DNA of 64,000 bases, taken from Octopus bimaculoides. Lineage: Eukaryota. The DNA is taken from the NCBI RefSeq assembly GCF_001194135.2, contig NC_069000.1, forward strand, positions 38,695,748-38,759,747. The letters are read 5' to 3'. The translations under genes were made by a program, and so were the position numbers. Below the pieces are notes generated by a model that saw only the letters and a list, made by a program, of their open reading frames with translations, was not told the DNA's origin and searched no databases. The stretch's first letter is position 1. Each line of letters begins with the position of its first letter. This document shows, in pieces, positions 50,587 through 62,800 of the stretch.

Positions 50587-50794
50587 GAGAATGCGGTGAA
50601 TAAACTGTTGTCTAAATTACAGAAAAATAAAAAAGAACGTTGACATCCATCTCATTTTAAGAGTTATTTACAAAAATTACATGGAGATATCTTGAAATAC
50701 TAAAGACTAAATTTATTCACTAAAATCGTCATTGTCTTCAACCACAGCCTCCAGATAACTTCGGAATCTCCTGCAACTTTCCTGGACGGTCTCC
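50587..50794 (-). mobile_element. 3' end of the same Tc1/mariner family as 44652-45131
   Basis: gcggtgaataaa TIR; minus strand gives ETVQESCRRFRSYLEAVVEDNDDF. Confidence 0.85.
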
Positions 50795-51235
50795 GTGTTT
50801 AAGTTTGTGAAACTTAAGCACCAGAAAAAAAATGTTTAATCAATGCGTAATGAATGCGCTGCTTCGTGGTATCGAACCCGGAAATAGGTGGTCATGATCT
50901 ATGCTTTTTGACCACACAACCATATTTGTGTCAAGTTCATGGTATTACAAGGATGTATCGTTCGATTTGCTTTCAAGAAATACATTTTGAATTCGTTTTA
51001 ATCGCCAGCATTTGCGTCAAGCGATTTGATGTTGCAATTTTAAACTTATTTCCACAAGATTAGATTCTCCAAATATGTTCCTGATTTGATAATTTTGGAG
51101 AATGTTAGCTGTTCGCTAAAAGCAGAAGAGTTTTCAAACTGTAATTCTCTTCACATACATAATAATTAGATGAATGCACGTGACGGCACATTTGCATATT
51201 TATTAAATTATCTATCTTGCCACCGGTACTGAGGA

Positions 51236-51540
51236 ATTTCAACCATGTTTCGTGGTCTGCTACCACAACAGCTCCTTTATAGGATTCAGTTAGCTCAAGA
51301 CATCATCAGGAGGAACCACGTCCGGTTTCGGCCTCTACTCCCCTACCGTTTTGACGTGGCGGGGCCACCCGCTTTCGGAGGTGTCTTCAGCTCTGGTGTT
51401 GGGTGCATGTCTTCTTTCACTGTTTGTGACTGTTCTAATTCAACTGTGGGATGTCCCTCGCTATGGTTATTTTCCAGGAGGTTCTGGCCACACGTCTTAC
51501 GGTTCATCAACCCGCGTTGTTGAATTACTTTTTTCCGACA
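51236..51540 (-). mobile_element. GC-richer repeat, possibly a Penelope-like terminal repeat, with degenerate HHR cores
   Basis: Minus strand CTGATGA...agaccac-GAAA-CATG (51242-51309) and a second CTGAAGA...GAAA (51372-51390). Confidence 0.45.
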
Positions 51541-51686
51541 TACCTTCCAGTCAAATACAGGTATGTAAAAATCCACACAAGCAATGTCAATCTCGACGGA
51601 ATTTGAACTCAGAACGTGAAGACAGATGAAAAGCCGCTAAGCATTTCACCTGGCATGCTAACGATTCTGCCAGGATGCGACCTTAA
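51540..51686 (-). mobile_element. SINE family B
   Basis: ggaatttgaactcagaacgtgaagacagatgaaaagccgctaagcatttc...gctaacgattctgcc. Confidence 0.85.
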
Positions 51687-52410
51687 GTTCTCTATTTATT
51701 CGATTCAATGATTTTTTTTTTTTCACACAGACTCTGACCTCTGATATTATGCAATACAATAATAGAAATATAACATGATCTTAAAACATTTTCTCTGATT
51801 TCTGGAAGACACTTGGAGCTAAGTTCGGTGAGATCGAAAACACAATGTATTTAAAGGCAAGCTTTGTTCGAGGGAGAATACTGTATGGAACAGCTTTCAC
51901 GATCTCGTGTGCAGTTATACATAAATGCTCTATACAATCTGCGATAAATTATGAAGAAGGAGAGATCGGTAACAGCGAGGGTACCTTTTCACCACAGTTA
52001 CCTATGCTCAAATTGAAGCAATGAATGCAACACCAACAACAGTAACCTAACTTTTATAACTTCGAGATATTCGAGAATTCTGTTTTGTTTCGTTATTTTA
52101 TCTCATATTTAAGCATAAAATTCTTTAGCTTAGCATAAACAAAATTTTGGGATTGACTTTTATACATTATTGAACATTTGATGTAATTCAGACTTGTGAA
52201 TATATCGAATGAAAATTGAACATCTTCCTTCACTTATATATATAATCAAACATATAATAACTGGTTTCTACTGGAAAAGCAAATGATAGGGTATCATTTC
52301 GAAAGGGGAAAACGTTAACTTAAAAAGTCGATTCCTCCTTACGAACAAATTATTTAAGTAAATTTCTGAAAATTATATATCAATGAAATGTCAATATTTA
52401 TACTTTCGTT

Positions 52411-53166
52411 AAGGCGGCGAGCTGGCAGAAACGTTTGCACGCTGGACAAAAGGCTTAGCGGTATTTCGACCGTCTTCACGTTCGGAGTTCAAATTCCGCC
52501 GAGGTCGACTTTGTCTTTTATCCTTTCGGGGTCGATAAATTAAGTACCAATTGAAGACTGGGGTCAATGCTATCGTCTTACACTCTCTCCTGAAATTGTT
52601 GATGTGTTTCTTAAGGCGGTGAGCTGTTAGAATCATCAACATGCCGGGCAAGATGCTTAGCGGTATTTCGCCTGTCTTTACGTTCTGAGTTCAAGTTCTG
52701 CCGAGGTCAACTTTGCCTTTCGAGGTCGATAAAACAAGTACCAGTTCAGCACTGGAGTCAATGTAATTGACTTAGCCTCGCCTGCGAAATTAACTGACCC
52801 TGTACCCAAATATTTGTGTGCATTGTGGCCAGGAAGAATTTACACCGAACTGTTGCACTGAATTCATAATAAGTGGTAAAGATTTTAGAAAAGCTCAAAA
52901 AACTAAAAAGATTACTAATTGCATGAATTAACTCCACACAGGAGTATTTCAGATATCATCAGTTCGAAACCGACAACGAAAGGAGGAAACGTACAGTTGA
53001 TCTCACTCGAATTTGAACTATGTGCGCAAAGAGCCGGAAGAAATACGAGTAAGCATATCGTCCGCTGAACCAACAATTCTGTAGGTTCACAACCTCAGAA
53101 ATAATATGACGTAATAATGCTAAGCATTTCGTCCAGCGAGCTAACGATTCTGCCTGCTCGGCGCCT
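52411..53166. mobile_element. Cluster of four SINE-B pieces (two on +, then two on -)
   Basis: Heads aaggcggcgagctggcaga at 52411 and aaggcggtgagctg at 52613; minus-strand pieces at about 52950-53095 and 53110-53166. Confidence 0.85.
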
Positions 53167-53749
53167 CTGTTGCTGAAATAATGTTGACACACGCATTCTG
53201 CTCTGCATGTGAATGCGACAATAAAGTTAAGCTAACTTTACGAAGATAAATCCATGTGGTGAAATTCTTCAATTTCATCTCTCTAAATTTAACAAGAGTT
53301 CATTTACTGTCGCTACTACGTTCAGTATCTTCCTAGGGAAATATCAGATTTGACAAACGAACCTCGTTTGCCAAACGAAAATTATCATCGCAAAAAGAAT
53401 TGCGCTGTGGTTCTCTGTATTATAACAATGGAAATAATGTGCGATCGTTTTACAGTTCAGATTTCGATTATGGATTGCAGAGAGGCTGTATGCAGACGTA
53501 AAGCTACCATAATCCTGAGCGGATACTCTAGCTCTCTTTAATCTCAACAGTTGGAGATGCTTATCCGAAACAGCAAACTGAAGCTTTCTCGAAAAGATGA
53601 TTATTGTTCTTATATTATTTATATTTTATCCTTTCCACAGTTGCATATTATATTCATATTTTTTCAATGCGTCAGGCAAACGATAGAACACACAAAAACA
53701 CACCTACATACACGAACGCATTAACATAAAAGCGCAGTTCATCTTCCTT

Positions 53750-53780
<31 letters not shown>

Positions 53781-54074
53781 GCATAACAAATAAAAAATGA
53801 GATAGCGGGAGACAAAACGTGGATTATTAAAATGATATATACAAGCTTCTAACCAAAGTAAACAAAATCATGAATACGAAGGCTTCAAGAAATGAACGTA
53901 CACACATACACATTCCGGTTGGATTCGTTATTTTTTCTGTTTGCTTGCATGAGTTGGGAGTATTGCTGTCTGGGAGATATATTATGGTAGTGGAATAGTA
54001 TCTAACTGCTATTTCTAAATTTTGATATGTGGCAACATTTTGAATACAGTAAAAATGTACAAATTAATGACAAT

Positions 54075-54240
54075 TTGGCAAATGTATAAACTGCTCTTCG
54101 AATATTCTGCACATTGCCAGTTATTGTTGCAACGGTTGAAATGTCATTCAGCAAATTATAACTTTCCAGGAAGTTCTTAAGGGAGTACAATGCTACACGA
54201 AGACAGAATTAACGAATTAACCCCTAGTATTCACTGTGAG
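54075..54240 (+). mobile_element. hAT transposase C-terminal dimerization domain relic
   Basis: LANV*TALRIFCTLPVIVATVEMSFSKL*...LR/STML..RINEL fits FPN...ALRI.LTLPVTVAS.ERSFSKLK.IK..LRSTM..ERLN.L. Confidence 0.8.
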
Positions 54241-54499
54241 CCTGCAAGATGGATTTATTTCAGTGAAATAATATTATAAAAACACAAAAATGCCCCAAAT
54301 ATCTGCATTTAAATACGCCCGCTGTCTTCAATTATGGGAATTCTTTATTCTTCTTAATGGAAATTCTTAATTATTGCCATAGAAATACGGCAAAAATAAT
54401 GGTTAACATCTTTATTACTATATTTCATTGGCAATAAAACGCTTTTGTTTCAAGTAATTACATGAAGTTTAGAAGTTATCAAAATAACTTTATCTGTGC

Positions 54500-54638
54500 G
54501 GTAAGCAATTTGTTTCCCATGTATATGGCTTGGTTCTGGTTTCAGCCCAACCAACCAGTTGGCACTCTGAGCAGCTACCTTCTACTGTAGCCCTGCCGAG
54601 CCAACCACACAGACGGAAACTGAAAAAAGTTCGTCGTA
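54500..54638 (+). mobile_element. SINE family A head, degenerate
   Basis: gcggtaagcaatttgtttccca...ggtttcagccca...cttctactgtagcc...gacggaaactgaaa. Confidence 0.7.
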
Positions 54639-54830
54639 CGCCGCTTGGCTGACCGGTTCGCAGAGCACCTCCGTGACATCAGACTCGGCCATTTCCGCTC
54701 TATCGGTCATTCGCTACAACATCTGTCTGCGTTCAGACTGTCTCTGCACAGGGACCACCCGAACTCCCACCTTAGCCGTGAACAAGAATTAATCTTCTCT
54801 CCTAATTCCTTTGCACCACATCGGCTCAAC
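54639..54830 (+). mobile_element. Penelope-like GIY-YIG endonuclease, C-terminal half
   Basis: RRLADRFAEHLRDIR...HFRSIGHS...REQELIF...APHRLN fits RL.DRF.EHLRDI...HF....HS...EQ.LIF...P.GLN. Confidence 0.8.
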
Positions 54831-54995
54831 TTACCCCCTCTCGTCATCGGACACCGATTCCACACTCACCTCCTCATTTCATTTCACACCACAGATTCCT
54901 ACTCACCTTCTACATCCTCACCCTCACACATGGTTCCGGCAAGATGGAGCAACTGCTTATATCACAAGAGAAACAATGTAATTGCTACGGCAATA

Positions 54996-55418
54996 CTTTG
55001 GAGAGAGAATAATTTCCCGCTACGGCAATGTTGACTGGCCTTCACATTCCCCAGACTTGACTGGCCCGGATCTTTTTCTTTTAGGGATACCTGAAAGAGA
55101 GGGTTTATGTCAACAAATCGGAGACCCTGGTGCAACTGAAGGAGAGCATCAATAGAGAAATCAGAGAAGTGAGGTGTGAACCTCTTGAGGGTGTTATAGT
55201 GCAAGTTTTGAAAGAGCCGAAAATGTTGGGATCCGAAAATGGCTGCCATTTTAGCGATGTCATTTTTCATATGTGATGAAGCGGTGTTGCAAAATTTGAT
55301 TTGTGCCTATTAATTTCCATTCTGCCCTTTATATTGTATCAAAATTTCATGCGTTTATTTGTAAAGTTAAGGAAGTTATTAAAAATCGAAACCCCTCAGG
55401 GACTTTTCGGACACCCTG
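54996..55418 (+). mobile_element. Tc1/mariner-superfamily transposon 3' end with TIR
   Basis: FGERIISRYGNVDWPSHSPDLTGPDLF/GYLKERVYVNKSETLVQLKESINREI...GCHFSDVIFHM*; ends gacttttcggacaccctg|TA. Confidence 0.88.
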
Positions 55419-55420
55419 TA

Positions 55421-55572
55421 GTTGCATATCTAGACATGGTCATATATATTTAAATGATAGACATCTGGAAAGTTTTACTGATTTTTTACAGTTCCAGTGA
55501 TGGATTGGCTCTGTAGAGTTCGAGTTAGCTTTCTCCTTTCTGTTTTTGAAAAGTCAAATTTCTTAAAATTGG

Positions 55573-55585
<13 letters not shown>
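55421..55585 (-). mobile_element. REL-type LINE 3' end, third copy
   Basis: Aligns with 31075-31230 and 5455-5560. Confidence 0.85.
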
Positions 55586-55613
<28 letters not shown>

Positions 55614-56824
55614 AGGCGGTAAAAAATATTTGCGGACTGGAACTACCTAAGGGCAGAGATTCTCCGTTCATCCTTTAGGTCCATAATATCTGCTGACCAG
55701 ACCAGCGTAAGGCCGACAACTCAGTTTGTTTAAGCTTCAAGCAATATAGAATATTCTTTTGTTTACAAATTAACTAACCATAACGGTTTTTTTCCTCAAG
55801 TTTGGAGAATCGTTGTATATCTGCTGCCTTTGGAGTCTGACGGGTCGTTTATAAATCTAGGCGCTTTATGGATGCGAAACCCGTCGTCACCCTATCACTG
55901 GACATACATTTATCTTCATGAAAATGCTTCACTGCTCTAACCTTTAGAGTAAGATTGCAAGATCGGAGTTTCAGTTCCTAGACCATGCTGCTCTACGATA
56001 ACGTCGACACCTGACGCGCCGTACATCGTGCACGTGAGCGTTATCCAAATAATTACTCTTTAAACAGTTTATAAGAAAATTCATTCTTAGAGATATCGTT
56101 AAAAACAATTCAGGAACTGGAAGTAACTCGACAAATAATTAAAATTCGAAATATAAGGTTAAACTTTAAAAAAGAATATACCTAAAGTGTAATGTCAAGT
56201 AACTTAGAAACTATTTCTAATTGAGTAAGTCAAAGTAGTTTAAAATCACTAGAAAACTTACAACTGAACAAAGCGTACTCAAATTAAATTATATTTTATC
56301 TAAATATCGGTGCCTGATGCATCAGACAGTTGAAACTAAGCAATTATTTAATTCTAAAAAAAAAAATACTATTTACTTTAACCCAAAACATTTGCAAGTA
56401 AACAATTTTAACAAATCTCAAAATATCTTACTCTAATGTATGGATAATATATTTTATCTCGTTACTGATTATACTTTAAAAAAGCTAATATATTTGTCTA
56501 AGTACATATATAAAAACTTGATCTATTGAGTAACATTAGACACACACGATTTTATGATCGAATCAATTATACCTAATTTTGTTAGATTAAGTACTTAGGA
56601 TATCAAATTTACATAATGTATATTTTCTAAGTACCAATTTGATCAACACTAGTAACCATTTAAATTAATCTGTAACGTTTTCTCTCTAATGGGAAAATTG
56701 CTATATAATTCTTAGTTCTATTTTCCCTGTTTTAGGTGTCATTATTTAACAGGACAAAATTCCAATAAATATATTAAGTAGTCTTGTTCTCTAGAATATA
56801 ATATACCACATCACTTTTATATTG

Positions 56825-57037
56825 GTTTCAAATTTTAGCACAAGGCCAGGAAGTTCAAGAGAAGGACTTCGTCGATGAAATTGGCTCCGGTGTTGGATTA
56901 GTATTTATTTTATCGAACTCGACATGATGAACGGCTAGGTCGACCCCGGTGGCATTTGAACTCAGAACGTAAAGACGGATGAAATTCCGCTAAGCATTGT
57001 GCCCGGTGTGTTAAAGACTGTGTCATCTCACCGCTTT
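56825..57037 (-). mobile_element. SINE family B
   Basis: gtcgaccccggtggcatttgaactcagaacgtaaagacggatgaaattccgctaagcatt. Confidence 0.85.
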
Positions 57038-57733
57038 ACATCTCTTCTCTAAATTAATAGCTCTTATAATAGTCTAGAAACAGCGAAAATAATTATGTAA
57101 TAAAAGTTATTCACAGAACTAAATGGGTTCCTGGAAACATTTTAAACTTTGCATTACAATATATCTCAATGGACATAAATATACACAAAATAACACCCAG
57201 CTGCCAAAACATTTCTCATAAGTGGTATCTAAAAAATTGAAATTATATACCTCTAAACAATTCTCTATTATTTTTTTAGAAATAAAATTATTATACATTC
57301 AGTTGTTCAGTGGCAACAACTTCTATTAGTTTTGCGAAACAAACAAAAAAAATAGTTCTCTAAAAGATTTATTACATAGAAAACATGTCGTATGAAGCAA
57401 TAACTGAAACAAAGAGTTTCAAATATTATGGGTGTATGATAAACATTCTTATTACAATATATTTAGCACTTTTATAATTGTCATAATTGTTGCTTTAATA
57501 CCATGTGCAGTATATTTATAATGTGCTCTAAAGTAATAATTTAAATATTTAATGGCCTGTTTGTATTATATGAAGCGTCTCTTTATAAACATAAACATAT
57601 TTAAACTCAACTGTAACGTTATATTATATTCATTCTATTAAATTTTGGCTAGAAGTATGTATGCTGTCAGGAGAATAATAACAAGAAAAAAAAACAAATA
57701 TGAGAAAAGTTTGTAACTGACGATTTGAAATTA

Positions 57734-57976
57734 TTGGGTTGGTGCATAATTATAGCAGCTTTATTAAAACAAATTTTATTCAACAAAAACAATAACAATA
57801 TTTAACAAAAACATCTTTAAATTAAGGTCTGACCGTCTGCCAAGTAATTGAAGTAGATGGTGAATATGCTCTGGAATAATCATTTAAAGATGTTTTTGTT
57901 ACATGTTGTTATTGTTTTTGTTGAATAAAATTTGTTGGGGAAAAAAAAAAGCCTCAATAATTATGCACCAACCCAA
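57734..57976 (+). mobile_element. mariner MITE with long TIRs
   Basis: TTGGGTTGGTGCATAATTA at both ends and about 80-bp arms; the centre keeps the transposase end LPS/VIEVDGEYALE*. Confidence 0.9.
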
Positions 57977-58724
57977 GGGTGTGTAAAATATCTAATTCAT
58001 AAACAGTTATGTGTTTGTGTGCTTAAGGTCTAAGTCATGCACAGAAGAATAGCAAGAAAGGCGTATTAAAAAAATTCGGAATGATGTCGCAGAAAAACAA
58101 CGGTCGACTAAAACACGTACAGTTTTTCAACTACCAGAGTAAAACTGGTGATCATTCAGTCTCGAGCTATTATTTATGACATGCTTGTATGAAGTAACCT
58201 ACTCAAACCTATTACTGATCCGCTTTTTTTCTGATGAAAAAATCTTCATTATTTCAGCTGCACATCATTCACAGGGCTTTTCGTTAGCAACAAATGAATT
58301 TGCTTTAGCAAGCATAATCCAGTGGAAATCCTAATCTTTAAGAATATGTGTGTGTGTGTCTTTCGTCTGCATTTAGTATCCAGACAACAATATGGTATTT
58401 TTCCATCTGGAACTCTGAAGGAATGAGTGTATTGAATGTTTTGGATCTTCAGTGGATTAGCAGCCAAGCCAAAATATAAATTATACGAAGTATTATTTGT
58501 GACAATAGCGTATTCCCTTAGTTAAGTAAATACGCTTAAGAGGACTGTAAATAGGGCAAACTCAATTTTTAAAATTTAGTACTATTAGAACAATTATAAT
58601 TTTATTTAAATTGAAGCTATGTTGTGTGTTATATACGGCGGCCATGATAAGAATCAAGGCTAACATCTGAGATGCGGGTCTCCCTGGCTGAAATCCAGTT
58701 TGATTTGGTTATGAAATACTAGTT

Positions 58725-58800
58725 CAGTGGTTCTCAAAATAAGGTCCACGGTTCCTTAGGAAACCACCAAGCGATTTTAGGGGGACCGCAAGGGACGCTG
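58725..58800 (+). mobile_element. hAT-like transposon end
   Basis: CAGTGGTTCTCAAA terminus followed by gg.cc-rich subterminal motifs; no partner end seen. Confidence 0.5.
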
Positions 58801-60813
58801 AAATATCGTGAAAACAGTTGGCATGAGACAGTTAAGTTTTTAAATTTCAAGACGTTGAATTTTTCGCCATACTACTCGTACACACTCATTTGCTAATCAC
58901 ACTTGTTTTACAACAAGTCTTGTAAAAAGAATTAGGTAAAATAATAACTTAATTCATGACTACTTCATAGGCGGTTTACCTATGCAATTATTTCAGAGAG
59001 GAAGATGAGTATATATCCTTTGATAAGCAGTCATGAACTTGTGAAATAGTTCAGAAGTAATATTTCACACACAGAGTTAACCCATAGTGAAGCTTTACAA
59101 TATTTAAGTATACTGTCTTTTAAAACATTTTTAAACAACTTATACATGTCTTTTTATTATGTTGTTCAGGACCTGTTTGTGTATTAATACCACAGGAAAA
59201 TCCCGTTGTACATGGGGAAGGCAGAATTTTATAAAAACGAAACGGAAATCCTCAATTGACGTCTAATTATAAGTTTTTATGATTTCAATGCAACCTGTCA
59301 TAACTTTTATGTAAAATGCTTCATGTTATCAATATGGTATTCATTATATTTATTTATATATATATGTGTTATCGGAGATTTAGTTCAACGTATGGCTGTG
59401 GCGAGTATATCCTGCCGTTCTTTCTTTTCAGTGTGTTAGAAAAAAATTATGTTTCAATGCAGTACATATAGCTTCGTCTTTTAGAATACGATTTGATTAA
59501 ATAAGTAGACGGTTTATTCCATAAAATATTGTCGCTCTTATAAGACAGTGAACTGGAGAAACTGTGTATTGGTAAACACTTTGAGTATTTATATTAATTC
59601 ATATAATTTGATTTGCAATATCGATTATCAAAACCTGAAAGCTGGATATAATAAGTAACAGCTAAAGGATGTGATTTGTTCAAACTACCGTAATCCACAC
59701 ATTCATTAATAAAATACGTCCAAGTATTAAACGTAATTGAATGAACGGAAACTCTTATATATGTTGCAAAAGTGCCCATTTGAATGAATCATGGAATTGA
59801 TACCTTTAGTTGTGACCAAAACACTTTCTTGTAGTTGTCTCTTTATAATTATATAACATTAAAGACACATATTTCAGAAATATGTATAACTGAGTTGGTA
59901 AACGTGTGAACTTTTGCTCTCAATATATAAAGGGATTCGATAACGAATTTGAGGACATTACTTTGACGCATTATAGTAGTCCTTTCATTCATTGATCTTC
60001 GCAACTTTATCATTATTCATTTTATGAACATGGATTTGATTAATCCATCGCTTAATGACTTTATTTTAATTACAAATTAATATCCGCCTTGCCTTGTTCG
60101 ATTTTAGATATCAAATCTGATGTGCTGAAATGTAATTGATACCTTCTGAAACCGAGTGTTCTCACATTAGTTTTATTCTGTGTTCCGTAGTACAAAGGCT
60201 GTGATGAATCAGGTGTAGCCAATCAAATCTAATAGTTCAGTTTCCAATTCGTTATGTATACATTTCCATGGGGAACTAGCGAACCAGAAAAATGAATGAC
60301 AGTGTTTCTATCTACTTCGCCTGTCAACAACATGATTTGCTATTTTCCTGTACTGAATCTCGTCTCTAGTAGTTTACATAGTTGTACAGATATCAGAAAA
60401 ATGTGTAACGAGATTAATTAAATGAGTTTCACTACTTATCAGTGCGAAATTTGTTTTAACATTCCTGTAATAACAAGAAATAGTAGCACTTTGGGGACAT
60501 AATATCTGATTAAGCACTGAAGCGGACATTTTTCAAACCTCAGTGTGACATATCTTTGCTGTTCACATCATTTTAATTTTTTCATTATGTATCGTAGTAA
60601 TATGTGTGCAACACAGAACGAATTTACTGTTGAGAGAGGTTGTTTGATATTAAATTCAATTAATATAAAATTAGCACTTCAATGTGCTGAAACCATAAGA
60701 ATAACTCATCTATGAAGCAAGAGTGCAGAAATTAAAAGTGTTTTGGAGAAGTGAATTTGTTAGGAGAATAACATAAGATAACACGACAAATAAAAATAAA
60801 GAGAGAAGAAAAC

Positions 60814-60926
<113 letters not shown>

Positions 60927-62479
60927 ACGAAAACGACGATATGAACAAGTTGATCAACAGTAGAACGGCAAAGAACCATAAAAATGGACGTAGATCCTAA
61001 GAACATAAAAAGAGAAGAAGTGAAGGAAAATATGTGAATGTCGAGGATTATCACAAAACAGGCAACCTGTTTTATTTTCTATAAACCTAAACGTATTAAG
61101 CCGTTTCTAGTCAGATAACTTTGAAGGATACAATTTCAATTCCGTGCATTAACGTACCGAAACTAAAGAGATTCTTAAGAAACGCCTGAACAGATAATTT
61201 AGTGGGCTGAGGTATTGTGATGTTCAGCTGAATTATTGATTTTCAATATGTTATGCAACACACGTTCAACCTATAAGTAAGCAGTGTCGTTTAAAAGGAG
61301 CAGCGTTTGTAAATAAGTACGTACGTAGCGACGTGGATTATAGACGCCCAACGGCGACTTTATATATATATTTAGCATATGTTGAATAAACCGGCATCTC
61401 TGTAGTATTTATAGAAATTTAAGGTAGTACTATAACAATGACGTTGCCTCGTGTGTGTGTGCATGTGTGTGTGTGTGTGTGTAAATCGGTCGGTGGAGAC
61501 CTCAGTTTTTGAATGCAGATCTGTACATTTGTACATAGGAGCTAATGGTAATGATGTTGTGTACATGTATGATATTATGATTGGTAGATTGGTATGCAAT
61601 GTGAAAGAAGGTATATGCTGGATTTATGAATCCGGCACTTAAGCCTTCCCCAACCGTTCACCTCTTCACATTTCTTCTGTTGTGTTCACATTTCCCTCCA
61701 GCCCCGCACTAAGTATTATACCTAAACCTTTCTTCCCAGAATGTATCGCCCTGCTGAATTATGTGTTTTCAGTGGGAGGGGATTAGCAGCAGTTTAAAAG
61801 GAATATTAATGCTATCGACATCATCGGTCTCAAAGTGGCTGCAAAAATCTAATGGAAACTGGCAATAAAAAAAAAAACGTTTTTATGGCTAGAATTGGAA
61901 CAACAGTAATAATCTAGTTGTAATTTTTGTAAAGCGATCACACATTTACATGGCCCTTAAGTGCAAGTTTACACTATCGCAAGCATGAAAAACTGACAAC
62001 CAGCAAGGCGGATATGCCGCTTTGTGTTAACACGCGAATTATCATTAATATGACAGGTGGGAAAATCAAAGGTTTTCAAATGGCGATGAAACATGACAGA
62101 GACTGAACTTTGGAAGGATGTCATATAACCTGTCTCACAATGCCACAGCTAATATGGTTTTCAATGCAGTCCCTCTAACGCCACGGATTTTCAGGTGGGG
62201 AATATGTAGGAGTCGTTCGAGAAATAAACAGAAATTCACGAGTCACCATTTTCTCTTGCTTTCCCACAAATGGTATTCACAATCAAGAAAGATCAAACGC
62301 ATGCTCTTCTACTTACACAAAAGCCACATCCCTTCTGCTGCTCTCTCTCTAGCCCAAATCTCATTTCGACCTCACTTCAATCTCCCAGATATTGTATTTA
62401 GGAACTTCAAATGAAGTGGCGCTTTTGTCTCCCAAACACAACAGTATTGAATAACAGAGAATACAACGTATAATGTATA

Positions 62480-62800
62480 CCTTGGATTTGCATGTCAAGC
62501 ACATTTCTGTCAATATCAATGTTTCACTCTGTCACTCTTGAATAATTCAATCACTCCCTATGCATTCCCTTACCATAAAGTAACGTTGTCTGGTACGTCA
62601 AGACAACTGGCAACACGTGTTTCATTATAGAATTTCTTTTTTGATACAACTCGTGCTGGATCGATTGACAAACGGTATCTTTTGGAATATATTTCTCCAT
62701 ATAATTCACGCCACCAAAACCGACAAATGGAATAACCCCAAACGATGTAAATACAGTTCTGCCCCAGACATAATGGCAACCAACAGAGTTTACAATCATT
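62480..62800 (-). mobile_element. Highly decayed Tc1-like transposase
   Basis: GCHYVWG..FTSFGVIPFV..GGVNYMEKY resembles VMVWG.FS..GV.PL....G.VN...Y; downstream motifs are weak. Confidence 0.45.

Noticed and set aside
55835-55890. CTGACGG...GAAACCCGTC
   Set aside because: A9 is missing and neither helix I nor II pairs; just a short inverted repeat.
62051-62063. Overlapping TGACAG / CAGGTG / GTGGGAA transcription-factor motifs
   Set aside because: Short motifs are expected by chance, the Su(H)-like site lacks the 5' pyrimidine, and no conservation data are available.
62118-62414. 98-aa ORF, possibly a LINE endonuclease relic
   Set aside because: No catalytic motif could be aligned convincingly.
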